Assembly (NCBI GenBank): GCA_973895155.1
Contig: OZ316898.1
Span: forward strand, 4,464,480-4,528,479
DNA: 64,000 nucleotides
Reading direction: 5' to 3'
DNA from: Marsupella aquatica
Taxonomy: Eukaryota; Plantae; Marchantiophyta
The notes beneath the pieces are model-generated. The model saw nothing but the letters and a program-made list of their open reading frames with translations, was not told the DNA's origin and did no database searches. The position numbers and the translations under genes were made by a program. The first letter of the stretch is position 1. Every line of letters starts with the position of its first letter. Positions 36,409 to 47,260 of the stretch are shown one piece after another.

Positions 36409-37809
36409 TCTGTACTTTTGGGTGGGGAGTCTATTTTTTTGGGTTGGGGTAGGTATCTCTCAACTAGTGTTGGTGTGGGTGGTTTTCCTCGGAGTGCACG
36501 GAGTCGCGGTGCGTGAGCTTAGACTCAGTTCTCCAAAACGAAAAGAAGGTTGTAGGAGCATTGGTTTGGGAAGACAGCGTTGCCAACTTAGTTATCCACG
36601 GATAGCTGTTATACAACAGAAACCTAGCAGAGTGTACTATCAGTACGATAACATCCTGTTCTGGCTTATAATTGCCCGAGGCACCACCCTGAGGGTGCTC
36701 CTAAGTCAGACCACCCGCTCTGACTGGGTGGTAAACAAGTACTTCAGATAGCTACAGTTATACCTTTGCATCTCACATCTGCTAGTCTGGCTAGTCTGGC
36801 TTTTGTGTTAGGAAATGCTCATAACACATGCCTCGATGACTGCAGTATCATGTATCCAGCACTCGGACGTGGTGCATGAGGGTGTGTTATGATTTTCATG
36901 ACGCATGCCTGAATGAAAATGCAGATGTCTCTATGAGCATGTAGTAGAACGCATCCAGCCACATATATGTGCCAGAGTGTTCATAACACTCAGCGCCATC
37001 TCTTCATATTACATAATCGAAACATAATCGAAACACTGACAGGACATCTTAAACCACTTTAGAGATTTCTGCTTTTGTACTTGCTGGATCCAAGCATGTA
37101 TGAGTGTTTCATAACATACAGGTTTGGCTTACCCACGTTATAAAGGCTTCTGGTAAAATATGAAGAAAAACTCTTGACTACCAATGATGGCTTCTGAAGT
37201 CATTACTCAAAAATGTCCCATATTCCCAATCCCCTTTCTTCTATCCTTCACCCTGGACCTGCCTCACCTTTGGAGGCCTGCCATCCTTGTCCACATAAAC
37301 TGTCCACCGCACCCTTGCCATCCACAGCACAATAGGTTCACTCACATTGCCCTGACCTGCAATGCAAACACTCATTCTCTCACCTTACTGGTCTAATTTA
37401 TTATAATAAATTAGACGACCTTTACCTGGAGAAATTATTCTGCCCCAATATAATGCCCTCAACAGCCAGGGAAGTGCATTTCATGTTTGATTTTAGAGAA
37501 TTCATGGCAAAACTTAAAAATCATGGTGAAACCCTCCTTGTGGGCAAGTTCTCCAAATGAAAGATGGTAGGGCTCAAATCCTTGGAGCATGTATTTTGGA
37601 AAACAGCCTCCCCTTAGGAATTCACCTTACACATGAGCTTTACTAAGGAGAATGCCGTTGCCTGAGGGCTGACCTTGAGTGGACACACTCCTTGCCTGTA
37701 CCCTCATGGAACCCTCCTCTTATACTACACTTTTCACCTTGTGAATAGGGTGCCATGTCCCTCGTGTCTCTACTTACAATGTTAACAACTGTTATTGTTC
37801 CTTAAGAAT

Positions 37810-38420
37810 TTTGTGTTACTTCCAAATTATTGTTACTGTAGGGTTTACTAATTTGGTGAACCTGACTTCAAGTCCAAAGTAACACTAACTACGGCCTGCA
37901 CAAAATCACCTTTGTTTCACTTGTGGTTTAAGTTGCAAGTAAAAAGTGCTTTCCAAATTAGTGTCATACTCATTTTGTTGAACCTGACTGCTAGTCCAAA
38001 GTAACACTAACTATGGTAGGTCTACAAAATCAACTTTGTTTCACTTGTGGTTTAAGTTGCAAGTAAAAAGTGCTTTCCAAATTAGTGGCATACTCATTTT
38101 GTTGAACCTGACTGCTAGTCCAAAGTAACACTAACTATGGTAGGTCTACAAAATCAACTTTGTTTCACTTGTGGTTTAAGTTGCAAGTAAAAAGTGCTTT
38201 CCAAATTAGTGGCATACTCATTTTGTTGAACCTGACTGCTAGTCCAAAGTAACACTAACTATGGTAGGTCTACAAAATCAACTTTGTTTCACTTGTGGTT
38301 TAAGTTGCTTTCCTAATTACTGTAATACTAATTTTGTTGAACTTGACTTCTAATCCAAAGTCACACTAATTGGGGTCGGCTTCCAAAATCACCTTTTGGT
38401 TCGCTTGTGGTTTTAACGTT
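37810..38420. repeat. 124-bp tandem satellite, about 5 copies
   Basis: ttccaaatta recurs at 37951, 38075 and 38199 (period 124). Central copies are near-identical and the outer copies are diverged. Confidence 0.95.
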
Positions 38421-38439
38421 ACTACTGCTGTGCTGATCG

Positions 38440-38820
38440 TTGATTACTCCACAATGTTGGCAGCACCATCGAGTAGGGATGAGAAGGGCTCAGTGTCACA
38501 GCAGAGCTTCACTGAACTCTTTGAATACTCCGCAATGTTGGCAGCAAGATCGAGTAGGGGTGTGAAGGGCTCAGTGTCACAGCAGAGCTTCACTGAACTC
38601 TTTGAATACTCCGCAATGTTGGCCGGCAACATCGAGTAGGGATGTGAAGGGTCCAGTGACGCAGCAAAGCTTCACTGAACTCGTTGATTACTGAAGAATG
38701 TTGGCAGCAACATCGAGTAGGGATGTGAAGGGTCCAGTGACGCAGCAAAGCTTCACTGAACTCGTTGATTACTCCAGACTGTTGGCAGCAACATGGAGTA
38801 GGAATGTGAAGGGCCAGCGA
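38440..38820. repeat. 81-bp tandem repeat, about 4.7 copies
   Basis: gcttcactgaactc at 38506, 38587, 38669 and 38750 (period 81/82/81). Confidence 0.95.
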
Positions 38821-39348
38821 TCGGTTAAAGATGCAGTGAACGTATGGAGGTGATGCAGCCCGAAAGTACTCAGACTCGTCTTCGACCAGGGAAGATTGAG
38901 AAACGGAGGTCATGCACATGGGTGGTGAAAGCCGGATGCTGGCGAGGATTTGATGATGAGACGAGGTCTCAGAGCATAAGTCATGATTTCCTCCTTTCCA
39001 CCACGGAGGGAGGACCCTGTTTCTGCAGTCAGTGCCTCGCGTCACTTGCTCGTTCCAAATTTTCCGGTATTACGATCAATTAGCTACTCCCCCGTTAGTT
39101 TAGGGTACGACGACCTTGGCCTGCCACTTACTTTCGACAATCATAGGGCAACAGCAAATGAGCTGCATTTTAAGGAGCGCGAACCCTTTGTGCACAAGTT
39201 GGATTCATAGGTGGGCTATTCGTTATGGACACAAAGTGTAGTCGTAGAAGCTGCAGATCATTTGGCTCGAATGTGGTCTGTTAATTCTACACGGTCCTCA
39301 GCAGCCAAATGTGTGAGTCTGTCTCCAATGCAGTAGCCCAGTGATGCC

Positions 39349-41415
39349 ATGATGATAGGCGGTCGAGACCCTGTGTTGGGTGCTCGCCTCCTATCTACTT
39401 CACTGCATCTGCACAAGCTAAATGGTTTTCTGCGGAAGTTTCCATGGACATCAATTTCAAGCACATTGGTTACCTCTGGTAACTCTACTGTCAGTGATCC
39501 AACTCCATCGTTAAGTGATCCTCGGACCCTACTATTGGCATCTCCCATTTCGTCAGATGCACCCAAAATCAGGAGCAGGCAGGAAGAACACCTTAATTGC
39601 AATCCAGGGCCCCTACCATGCAATTCAGCAGTGCCGGCTGCAAGGTCATTATTACAAAACATGACAGCCATCTCATTATTCCATATCTCAGGAGCAGCGG
39701 CACCAAACTTGCGTCTATTTGCACCAGCAGATTCCAACAGGCTGTCTATGTCATTTTCTAAAGCGCCACTGCTCAGGAGGATGTTTTCGTTGTCTGCAAC
39801 TGGGTCTACATCACTCGGAGCTGTTGTGGAAGTAGTTGATGTCCCAGATTACATTGACGACTTCTGTGATAGCATCAGCCACGAAGACGGAGGTCATTCG
39901 GTTGTCACGGAGGCTCTCGAAAACTTTCTTAAAAAGCACAAAGGTTTGCAGCCCAAGGATGCCCAATTCTTCAGCAAAAATTGTCCTGCCTACATTTCTA
40001 AAGTGGTAGCAGCAAACTTGCAGAGATTGGCTATCAAGAAGGACAACACACATGAGGATGGGGTCCTTATCGAACAGTGGCTGATGAGCAACATGAATGA
40101 ATTGGAACCATTCCTGGAGAGTATAGGTTTGGATCCTGAGAAGGTGGAGGAAGTCTTGCCCTTCGTGCAAATGCCCCTGGATGGAGAGCAAGGACTGCTG
40201 AGAAATGTTGAAATTCTTGAGGGCATGGGCTTCTCTAGAGGGAGCCTATGGGCTGTGCTAGAGCAGAACAAGCAGCTCCTGGCAATGGCTCCGGCAGATT
40301 TAAGAGCAACTGTTGATTTTCTCGAGGGGCTTGGAGTGAAGCGCAGCAAAGAAATGGTGGGGCTGATAGAGGACTCTTTCTTCCTGACAGACAGCCTGGC
40401 AACTCTAAAAAATCTGAAGGACGATGGCCTCCAAAAGCATGTAATTGCTAAGATTCTCAAATGTGGTAGTATACGGGGTGGCCACATGGACATGCCAGTA
40501 GGAAGTTTTGAAGAGAGAGTGAAATTCCTCGTTGAATCTGGGCTTTCCAAACACAAAGTTGCTCAGAGCTTGAAGCTCTTCCCACAGCTCTTGCGTCTGA
40601 GGCTTGAAAACCTAAGGAGAAAGATTCAGTTTTTTGACAGCATAGGGTTGGAGCGTGACACGGTGGCTAAGATTATAGCTCGTTGGCCTCTGGTGTTTGG
40701 TCAGAGTATGGAGAAGAAACTGAGGCTCAAGATTGAGATGCTACAAAGCCGGGGAGTGGGGAGAGATGGCATAGCTAAAATCTTGACCAGGTTTCCTGAG
40801 CTCACGACTGTGAGTCTGGAGGACAATTTGAAACAAAAGGTGGCATTCTTTGAGGAGAATGGTTTGAGAGGGAAGAGGCTGGTGAAATTGATGACGTCGC
40901 ATCCGCGTGCGCTAACACTAAGTGTGAATGAGCTTAACAATAAGCTGGACTTTCTGGTGAAAAAGGGTTTTGCTCCTGGGTCAGTGGAAATGGTGAGGGC
41001 TTTAGGAGTTTGCATAACCATTAGTGTAGAATCCCTGGCGTCACGCTTTGTGAATTTGGAGTCCCTTGGATTCAGTCCTGAAGAAGTGCGTGAGGTTGTC
41101 AAGCAACAGCCTTCTATTGTTAGTTTGAGTGAGAAGTGCATACGGGACAAAGTGCACTATCTCGTCAATGATATGCATCGTTCTGTTGGCGAAATTGTGA
41201 AATGTCCCTGCTACTTGCTTTACAGCCTAGAGCTCAGGATCAAGCCCCGGCACAGGGTCCTGTCGTTGCTCAAGTCAGAGGGTGTTCTGAGAGAGGAGGC
41301 ATATTCAATCAACACCATCATGATCACGTCTGAAAAAAGGTTCATGGAGAGGTTTGTGATTTCTCTGGGTGCACAGTTTCCCCAGGTTGCCGCAGCCTAT
41401 TACAGTCGTGGCTAA
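39349..41415 (+). CDS. mTERF family protein (organelle-targeted), intronless
   Basis: 688-aa ORF with mTERF repeats (e.g. LRRKIQFFDSIGL...IIARWPLVFGQS, LKQKVAFFEENGL, IVKCPCYLLYSLELRIKPRH, SEKRFMERFV) and a Ser/Arg-rich N-terminal targeting-like segment. The true start may be a downstream ATG (e.g. 39661, 39748 or 39781). Confidence 0.92.
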   Translation: MMIGGRDPVLGARLLSTSLHLHKLNGFLRKFPWTSISSTLVTSGNSTVSDPTPSLSDPRTLLLASPISSDAPKIRSRQEEHLNCNPGPLPCNSAVPAARSLLQNMTAISLFHISGAAAPNLRLFAPADSNRLSMSFSKAPLLRRMFSLSATGSTSLGAVVEVVDVPDYIDDFCDSISHEDGGHSVVTEALENFLKKHKGLQPKDAQFFSKNCPAYISKVVAANLQRLAIKKDNTHEDGVLIEQWLMSNMNELEPFLESIGLDPEKVEEVLPFVQMPLDGEQGLLRNVEILEGMGFSRGSLWAVLEQNKQLLAMAPADLRATVDFLEGLGVKRSKEMVGLIEDSFFLTDSLATLKNLKDDGLQKHVIAKILKCGSIRGGHMDMPVGSFEERVKFLVESGLSKHKVAQSLKLFPQLLRLRLENLRRKIQFFDSIGLERDTVAKIIARWPLVFGQSMEKKLRLKIEMLQSRGVGRDGIAKILTRFPELTTVSLEDNLKQKVAFFEENGLRGKRLVKLMTSHPRALTLSVNELNNKLDFLVKKGFAPGSVEMVRALGVCITISVESLASRFVNLESLGFSPEEVREVVKQQPSIVSLSEKCIRDKVHYLVNDMHRSVGEIVKCPCYLLYSLELRIKPRHRVLSLLKSEGVLREEAYSINTIMITSEKRFMERFVISLGAQFPQVAAAYYSRG

Positions 41416-41477
41416 TCATGACTTACATCATCAAGAGGAAAATCGTGGGTAAAATCTTTGCAAATTGCTGGCTGGAA

Positions 41478-41507
41478 GGGTTTAGGGTTTAGGGTTTAGG
41501 GTTTAGG
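41478..41507 (+). repeat. Interstitial telomeric repeat, about 4 x TTTAGGG
   Basis: gggtttagggtttagggtttagggtttagg, flanked by a duplicated ggctggaagggt. Confidence 0.95.
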
Positions 41508-42954
41508 CTGGAAGGGTGGGAATTCTTCCCACAAGTAAGTGGAACCTGGATGACAGTCAGGTGGTTCTTTTGATGGTGATATCCGGGTGATAGAGTTCCC
41601 ATACTCGCCTGCAGCTGTTTACAAATGTATGTTGGAGACCAAGAGGGAAAGCCTCTCTCGTCCAGATCTCTCTTCTTACCACTTACCCCATTTGGTGATG
41701 CTGGACTTTCATTCCGTCAATCTGAGTGACTGCAATTTCTCGAAGCACAGCCTACCTTGCATTAGAAGTTCCGTTATTATCGTCCCTCACATTGCTGAAA
41801 TCCGGAGAATAAAATTGTTCTCGAGTTCTTGGAAGAAGAGGAACCAATCAAGACTTACTTGAAGATTCGTATCGTCTCAACATCGTTTTTAAATGATTGA
41901 CCATTCACTTGGGAATCTTCTGTATCATTGTTAATAACTGGATCAGCTGATAATTTTGCAGGCTAGTTCTGAAGATCGGAGGTTGGGCAATTAACTCCTC
42001 CAGCTGCACGAGACGGCTTGAAGGATGTCAATCTTTCGATATTGTGCAGCCAATTCATAAACACTGCTGCTTGTGCCGACGTCGTCAAAGACTCGAAGTG
42101 GTATGATTGAAATTATCTGCCCGTCAATTTTGGGTTTTGTAAATAGCTGGGGACATTGGCATGCAATATTTATCAATATTCTAGTCATATGTACATTGTA
42201 TTGTCATGTCTCCTGATTATACAGATCCTCCATGCCAGCATCGTGCAGGAACCTTACAAGAGCCAAACTGCTAGCGTGAATCTAATATCTCTGGAAGATT
42301 TGTGTTAATTGGAGTCAGATGCTCGAAAATTAAGCCAGATTCTCGGGATTTCAAGAGGGTGTTTGCAGTAGACCTATGAAATTATGTTGTCTTCACAGAT
42401 TCCGTGACTTGAACTTCAAGCAGGTGGACCTCCCAGGTTGATGCAAAATCACTGTCAAAGTGGATTTGAATCCCGAAGAGTAGCACTGTGAGAGTTTCGC
42501 TTATACCTAGCCAAAACATGTGTTTATGATCAATTCCAACAGACAATACTGTTTTCTGGGGCTCTTGGCATCATAAAAGCTTTTTAGGCTCGATTCGGAA
42601 TCTAATTCCCATTTTTTTGGAACATTCCCCTGCACTGGGCGCCACATGTTTTTTATGAAATTAGTTTTTGCACAACTTGGTAAGTGCAAGGAAAACTCCC
42701 TATGCACTTACTCATATACGTTGTCAGGTCACACACCTCGAAATACTCATACCCTGAGCCTACATACCGCACTATTCAGCTGGATGGGTGCACGAAACTA
42801 TTTTATGTAATTGTGTGCTATACTTCTCAATAAATTCTTATGCAGGAGACATGAGCTGATAAATGCTCTTATGCATTCATCCTTTAGTGCTGGTATTTGT
42901 TGTCGAGAGGGTTGTTAGTCGTCCTGTATCATTTATTGTATTTACAAAAGAATT

Positions 42955-43750
42955 GCTGCAATATTAGTGGATTACATGGCTGGCCTGCACTGAAGCACAG
43001 AATGCACTTGTACACCTTGCACTTGCAATATTAGGGGACTTGCCCAGAGAGGGCCTGCACTTAAGCACAGAATGCACTTATACACCTTGCATTTGTAATA
43101 TTACATGACTGGCTTTTTATACACCCTGCACTTGTAATATTAGGAGACTACATGGCTGGCCTTTACACACCCTGCACTTGTAGAATGAGGGGACCACATG
43201 GCTGGCTTTTATAAGCCTTGCACTGACTAATATATATCAAACTGCCAAAAACCAAAGAGCACACCAAAAAGCACCCAACCGGGAGACAATCCCTCAGGCA
43301 AGAAACCCAATCAAGGGAGAAAAAACAAAAGGCCAAAAAGCCAAAAGGACCATGCCAAAAAACAAAGAGCACCCAACCGGGAGACAATCCCTCAAGCAAG
43401 AAACCCAATCAAGGGAGAAAAAGCAAAAGGCCAAAAGGACCATGACAAAAGCCCAAGGCCAAAAAAACCAAGGAACCAATACCCCAAACCTACAACTTCC
43501 CTATTAGGGGACTTGTAATATTAGGGGACTACCTGGCTAGTACATGGCTGGCCTTTACAAAGCCTTGCACCTATGGCCTTTGTATACCTTGCACTTGTAA
43601 CATTAGGGGACTACATGGCTAGTACATGGCTGGCCTTTATAAGCCTTGCACCTATGGCCTTTGTATACCTTGCACTTGTAATATTAGGGGACTGCTGTAC
43701 ATGACTGGCTTGCACTTATCCAAAGAATGCACTTATACACCGTGTACTGT
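42955..43750. repeat. Degenerate tandem repeat array interrupted by a retroposon 3'-end insertion
   Basis: tacatggctggcct...ccttgcacttgtaatattaggggact recurs on both sides of an unrelated A-rich insert at about 43230-43500. Confidence 0.8.
43230..43500 (-). mobile_element. LINE/SINE 3'-end fragment with an internal duplication of about 100 bp
   Basis: The minus strand is T/G-rich (ttctcccttgattgggtttcttgcctgagggattgtctc) and ends in an AT tail. Similar segments occur at about 11340 (+), 15480 (+) and 24950 (-). Confidence 0.5.
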
Positions 43751-43801
43751 GGGCTGTAACTCCAAAGTACACTATTTCACATTCAAACCCCATGTCTCCT
43801 C

Positions 43802-43810
43802 TTTCCCGCC
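43802..43810 (+). promoter_or_regulatory. E2F site upstream of the coiled-coil gene
   Basis: tttcccgcc is an exact E2F consensus, about 430 bp upstream of ATG 44241. Confidence 0.5.
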
Positions 43811-44240
43811 AGTTTTCCGCTCTTAAACCCCTCCTCTTCAAACCCTCCAGAGTCGATGGATCTATTCTTCACAAGACTGGATGTCGATAAGTTTTCAGTC
43901 TCGTCCATTGCATAGCTTTTCTCTAATGATCGTTCCATTGCAACGGTAAAACTCAAATTCCACTCCCGAGTCGTGTCCCTTGAAGTCACTGATCAACTAG
44001 TTGGTTCGGTTGCGGAACGAGCAATTCCAGTGAGCTTCGCAGATTGTAACCTGCTTTATCCTTGCTCTGCTATGCTCCGCGGTTTCTCGTGACGCCAAAG
44101 ATAAAAGATCGATGCAATTGCTGTGTTCTGTTACGCGGACAGGGACAACGAACGTGGGCATGCGCGAGAAGGGCTGACGAGGTAAACGACCGACCTGTCG
44201 AATTGAGAGCATTTGTCAGGGTTGTTGAAAATTGAACGAA

Positions 44241-45293
44241 ATGTGGTTCGGCAATGAGGAGAACCTTGCAAGTAGTTTGAAGAGGCCCTATCCGGCAAAC
44301 TGCGACACCGAAACCGCAGCGGAGGATGCAGGTCGTCGTCTAGGAGAAGGAGAAGGAGAAGGAGAAGGAGGAGGAGAGAATGTGAGCGAGGAGAGTCTTT
44401 CGAATTTGCAGAAAGAGGTGACCGAATTGGCAGAAAAAGTGGCAGAGTACAGGGAGAAAGGGCCGGTGGCGTTCGCTAGTCTCCTGGAGAGCTCTCTTGC
44501 TCAGATGCGCTCCTCGGGTGTGATGATGGATACGCAGGTCAGCAACAAGCCCGCCAATGCGGCGGCAGAAGTTGAAGGTCAGTACCGCCGTAGCTCCCTC
44601 TGCCTTTCTCTCTAGTTGTCTCAGTGCACGGCCTCAAAGGCATGTGGTTTCCAATGTCAAGCAATGCAAACTAGATTGGGAGGTTGACCAGCTGTGTGCC
44701 TTACTTCGCTTTGTTCCATTGGATCCAACTGGGCCTGAATTGGTGTATCTAATACAACTTTGAATTTACATTCACAACGTACTTCAAGTCCTCCTTCGAT
44801 TTCATGCCCAATTAGGTGCACAAGATCGAGTACTTGAGACTACTGCATTTGTTCTTCAATGCAAAAGGAAACTCAAACGGTCGTTCTTCGTAAATGTAAC
44901 CGTAGAAGTGATTTAGAGGGAGTTCCGAGATCGAGAATCAAAATTTGTCCGTAGAAGTGATTTACAATGAGTTCAGAGATAGGGCATCAAACTTTGACAT
45001 TGATTCACGAGAAGGAAGATCTCATACCGAATGCTGGTTGCACTGAAGGCGTGGCAGCTGACATCGCATCTTCGGATAAGGAGAAGGAGAAGCTGGCACA
45101 GCGAACAGAACTATTGGAAAGACTAGCTTCAGCTAAAGAGTCTTTACCAATAATCTTACGTGACATGAAGGCCTGTAAGGAGAGATTAGACAAGGCCATG
45201 ACAGCTCGCAAGCAAAGGCCAGCTAAAGATCTACCACTGCATCCAGCTCCAGATATAGATGTCATGGAGTTGTTTTCTGTCTCGGATAAATAA
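44241..45293 (+). CDS. Uncharacterised small coiled-coil protein (2 exons, about 193 aa)
   Basis: join(44241..44577,45049..45293), with donor GAAG|GTCAGT and a phase-1 compatible acceptor (alternative exon start 45058). Two heptad blocks, LSNLQKEVTELAEKVAEYRE and LLERLASAKESLPIILRDMKACKERLDK, followed by LHPA. Resembles a small conserved plant family of unknown function. Confidence 0.75.
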
Positions 45294-47260
45294 AGGTCTC
45301 CTCGCTCTAAACCTTGATGTACATTGTACAAAGCATTCATACACCTTAACGCTAGAGGTATACTATGTGGGATATCTCTGAATCAGTGGATAGGCTTCTA
45401 TATGGTCCAGAATTTGGTTAAGTAATTGGCTTCAGAAATCGTCTGTTTATTAAATGTTTGCCATTCTCTACATTCACCCCAGCCCTGTGGTTTTGCCCCT
45501 ATTGTGTGCACTGTAAAGCGCTGAAAGAACATCCAACGAAGCCGGTCAACATCCAGCCCTCTGATTATCACTCTCTAGGGCCTTCATTTCACTATTTCAA
45601 CCTACTGTAGGCTTCCTTAACAGGGTTTTGACCTCTTCAGGGATCATGAAAGCAATTTCTTGCCATACAGCTTCTGGCAAGGATCAAGACAAGGTTTGAA
45701 CGTTTGTTTCTACCTACTTCCTGTGACTTCAGAATGTGAGCTAGCTCAAACCAGCTGTAGAACTCAAATGAACATGTAATGTCCAAACTCGATTGCAATC
45801 TCTCTGCACCATCAGCATTGGTCGAGTAATGGTCTCCATTCGCAAGGAAAGTTGTGTGCCCCTGCTGTGCAATCTTGTACAATGTGAATGCATTCTTGCA
45901 TTTTCTTTCCTGTCCTTTCCCCTTGTCGCCATTTTGTCAGTGAGATGAAATTTTGAACCCTATTTTCCGTTCTGATTTATGTCCAAGACTCATCGGATAG
46001 GAGAAGCTGACAAAGCTTATCTGAATTAAAGAGAGGGTATAATTAAGTGCAAATCCTTCAAATTCGTTGATTTATCCTGGTTCCCCCAGTTCAGAGCCAT
46101 AACTGGACTTACTCTTTTTGGTCAAGCAGAGCTCTACCCGTCACGTTCCAGTCATAGTTATGTAACAATCGTCCCGATCCTGGCATGTGTTCCTCGTTCA
46201 AGCACCTCTTCAAAAGGCTTGTCTGTGGGGTGCTTATTAAGCCAGGTGCAAATCTGAATCACTCAAATTCAGTAGAATCAAAAAGCACCACATAAAGCTC
46301 TTAGGGCGGTGCTTGTCGAGACGGGAAACATTTTGCTGCCAATCGTTGATGAGTAATCCAGCTTCTATGAACAAGGAGACCAACGGCGGCATATGGACTA
46401 ACAAGTGTTGATGATGTCGAGCAATTATTCCGTGCCAACCCTGGAATATCTAAAATCCTGAGCCACCCACAGTTCTGAAGATTATAAATACGAGTGGTCA
46501 GTGGGTTTGGGTATTCATGCAAGGAGACGGTCAACGCGCTAGATCTTGAGAAATATAATAATGAACATTGAGAGGAAACAAGCAGGCACAATAAAATCTC
46601 CGGTTCAGCCTATTTGAGCAAGGTTGCGCGTAGTAGGATGTGCTCGCCAAGATTTGTGCCAGAGAGAACCTCGAGAACACCAGCATTGCAATTTGACACG
46701 TTCTCAGATATGGTGATGTAGACTTCTTGAGCCTCGGACAGGGTTTTATCCTCTACGCAAACGGTTAGGGGCGGTTGAATACAGAGGACTTCAAATGCTC
46801 GAAAAGTTCCCCCGAGTCTCATAACGAAATAAGATGATTACAAACTCACCCTCAGTTTATGACGTCCCTCCACCTGGGCATTTTTATGCGATGTACATTC
46901 AGTCATTGTAAACAGAAGTAGATGCATTGACTCAAGAGTGCTCGGGTTGACTAAGGCAATGTATTGACGTGACTTATGATGATCATCTGGAAAGCTCTAT
47001 CAAAACTGTTGGCCCATCGACGTTTGCAAAACTCTAGGAAACTGCTTGCTTTAGCTGAGATTTTCCATCCCCCAAAGAAGTCACATATCGCTCATCCCTG
47101 TACTCTACAACATCGACGGACGCAGTTCCTTCGCTACGCAAGGACACAAGCTAGGAACTAGAGCTGCCAAGAACATACCTCGTCAGACAGTTTTACTACG
47201 GATGTGCCAAATTCCTGGAGGTCCATATAAGACTACACTTTCTAGAAAAAAGAGGTAGAA

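Noticed and set aside
37380-37680. Possible LINE ORF1 remnant (FDFREFMAKLKNHGETLLVGKFS); similar weak LINE-like traces at about 3300-3540 and 51200-51360
   Set aside because: Too degraded to support without a profile search.
37810-38820. Regularly spaced repeats as a CRISPR array
   Set aside because: The units are contiguous with no unique spacers, there are no cas genes, and the context is eukaryotic.
38370-39045. 27-aa repeat peptides (YSTMLAAPSSRDEKG... or LHIPTRCCCQH...) as a repeat-peptide precursor
   Set aside because: A 1-nt frameshift and stop codons interrupt both strands' frames across copies, and there is no signal peptide or processing motif.
41478-41507. True chromosome end or fusion point
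   Set aside because: Only about 4 units in one orientation, inside a gene-dense region, with a local target duplication.
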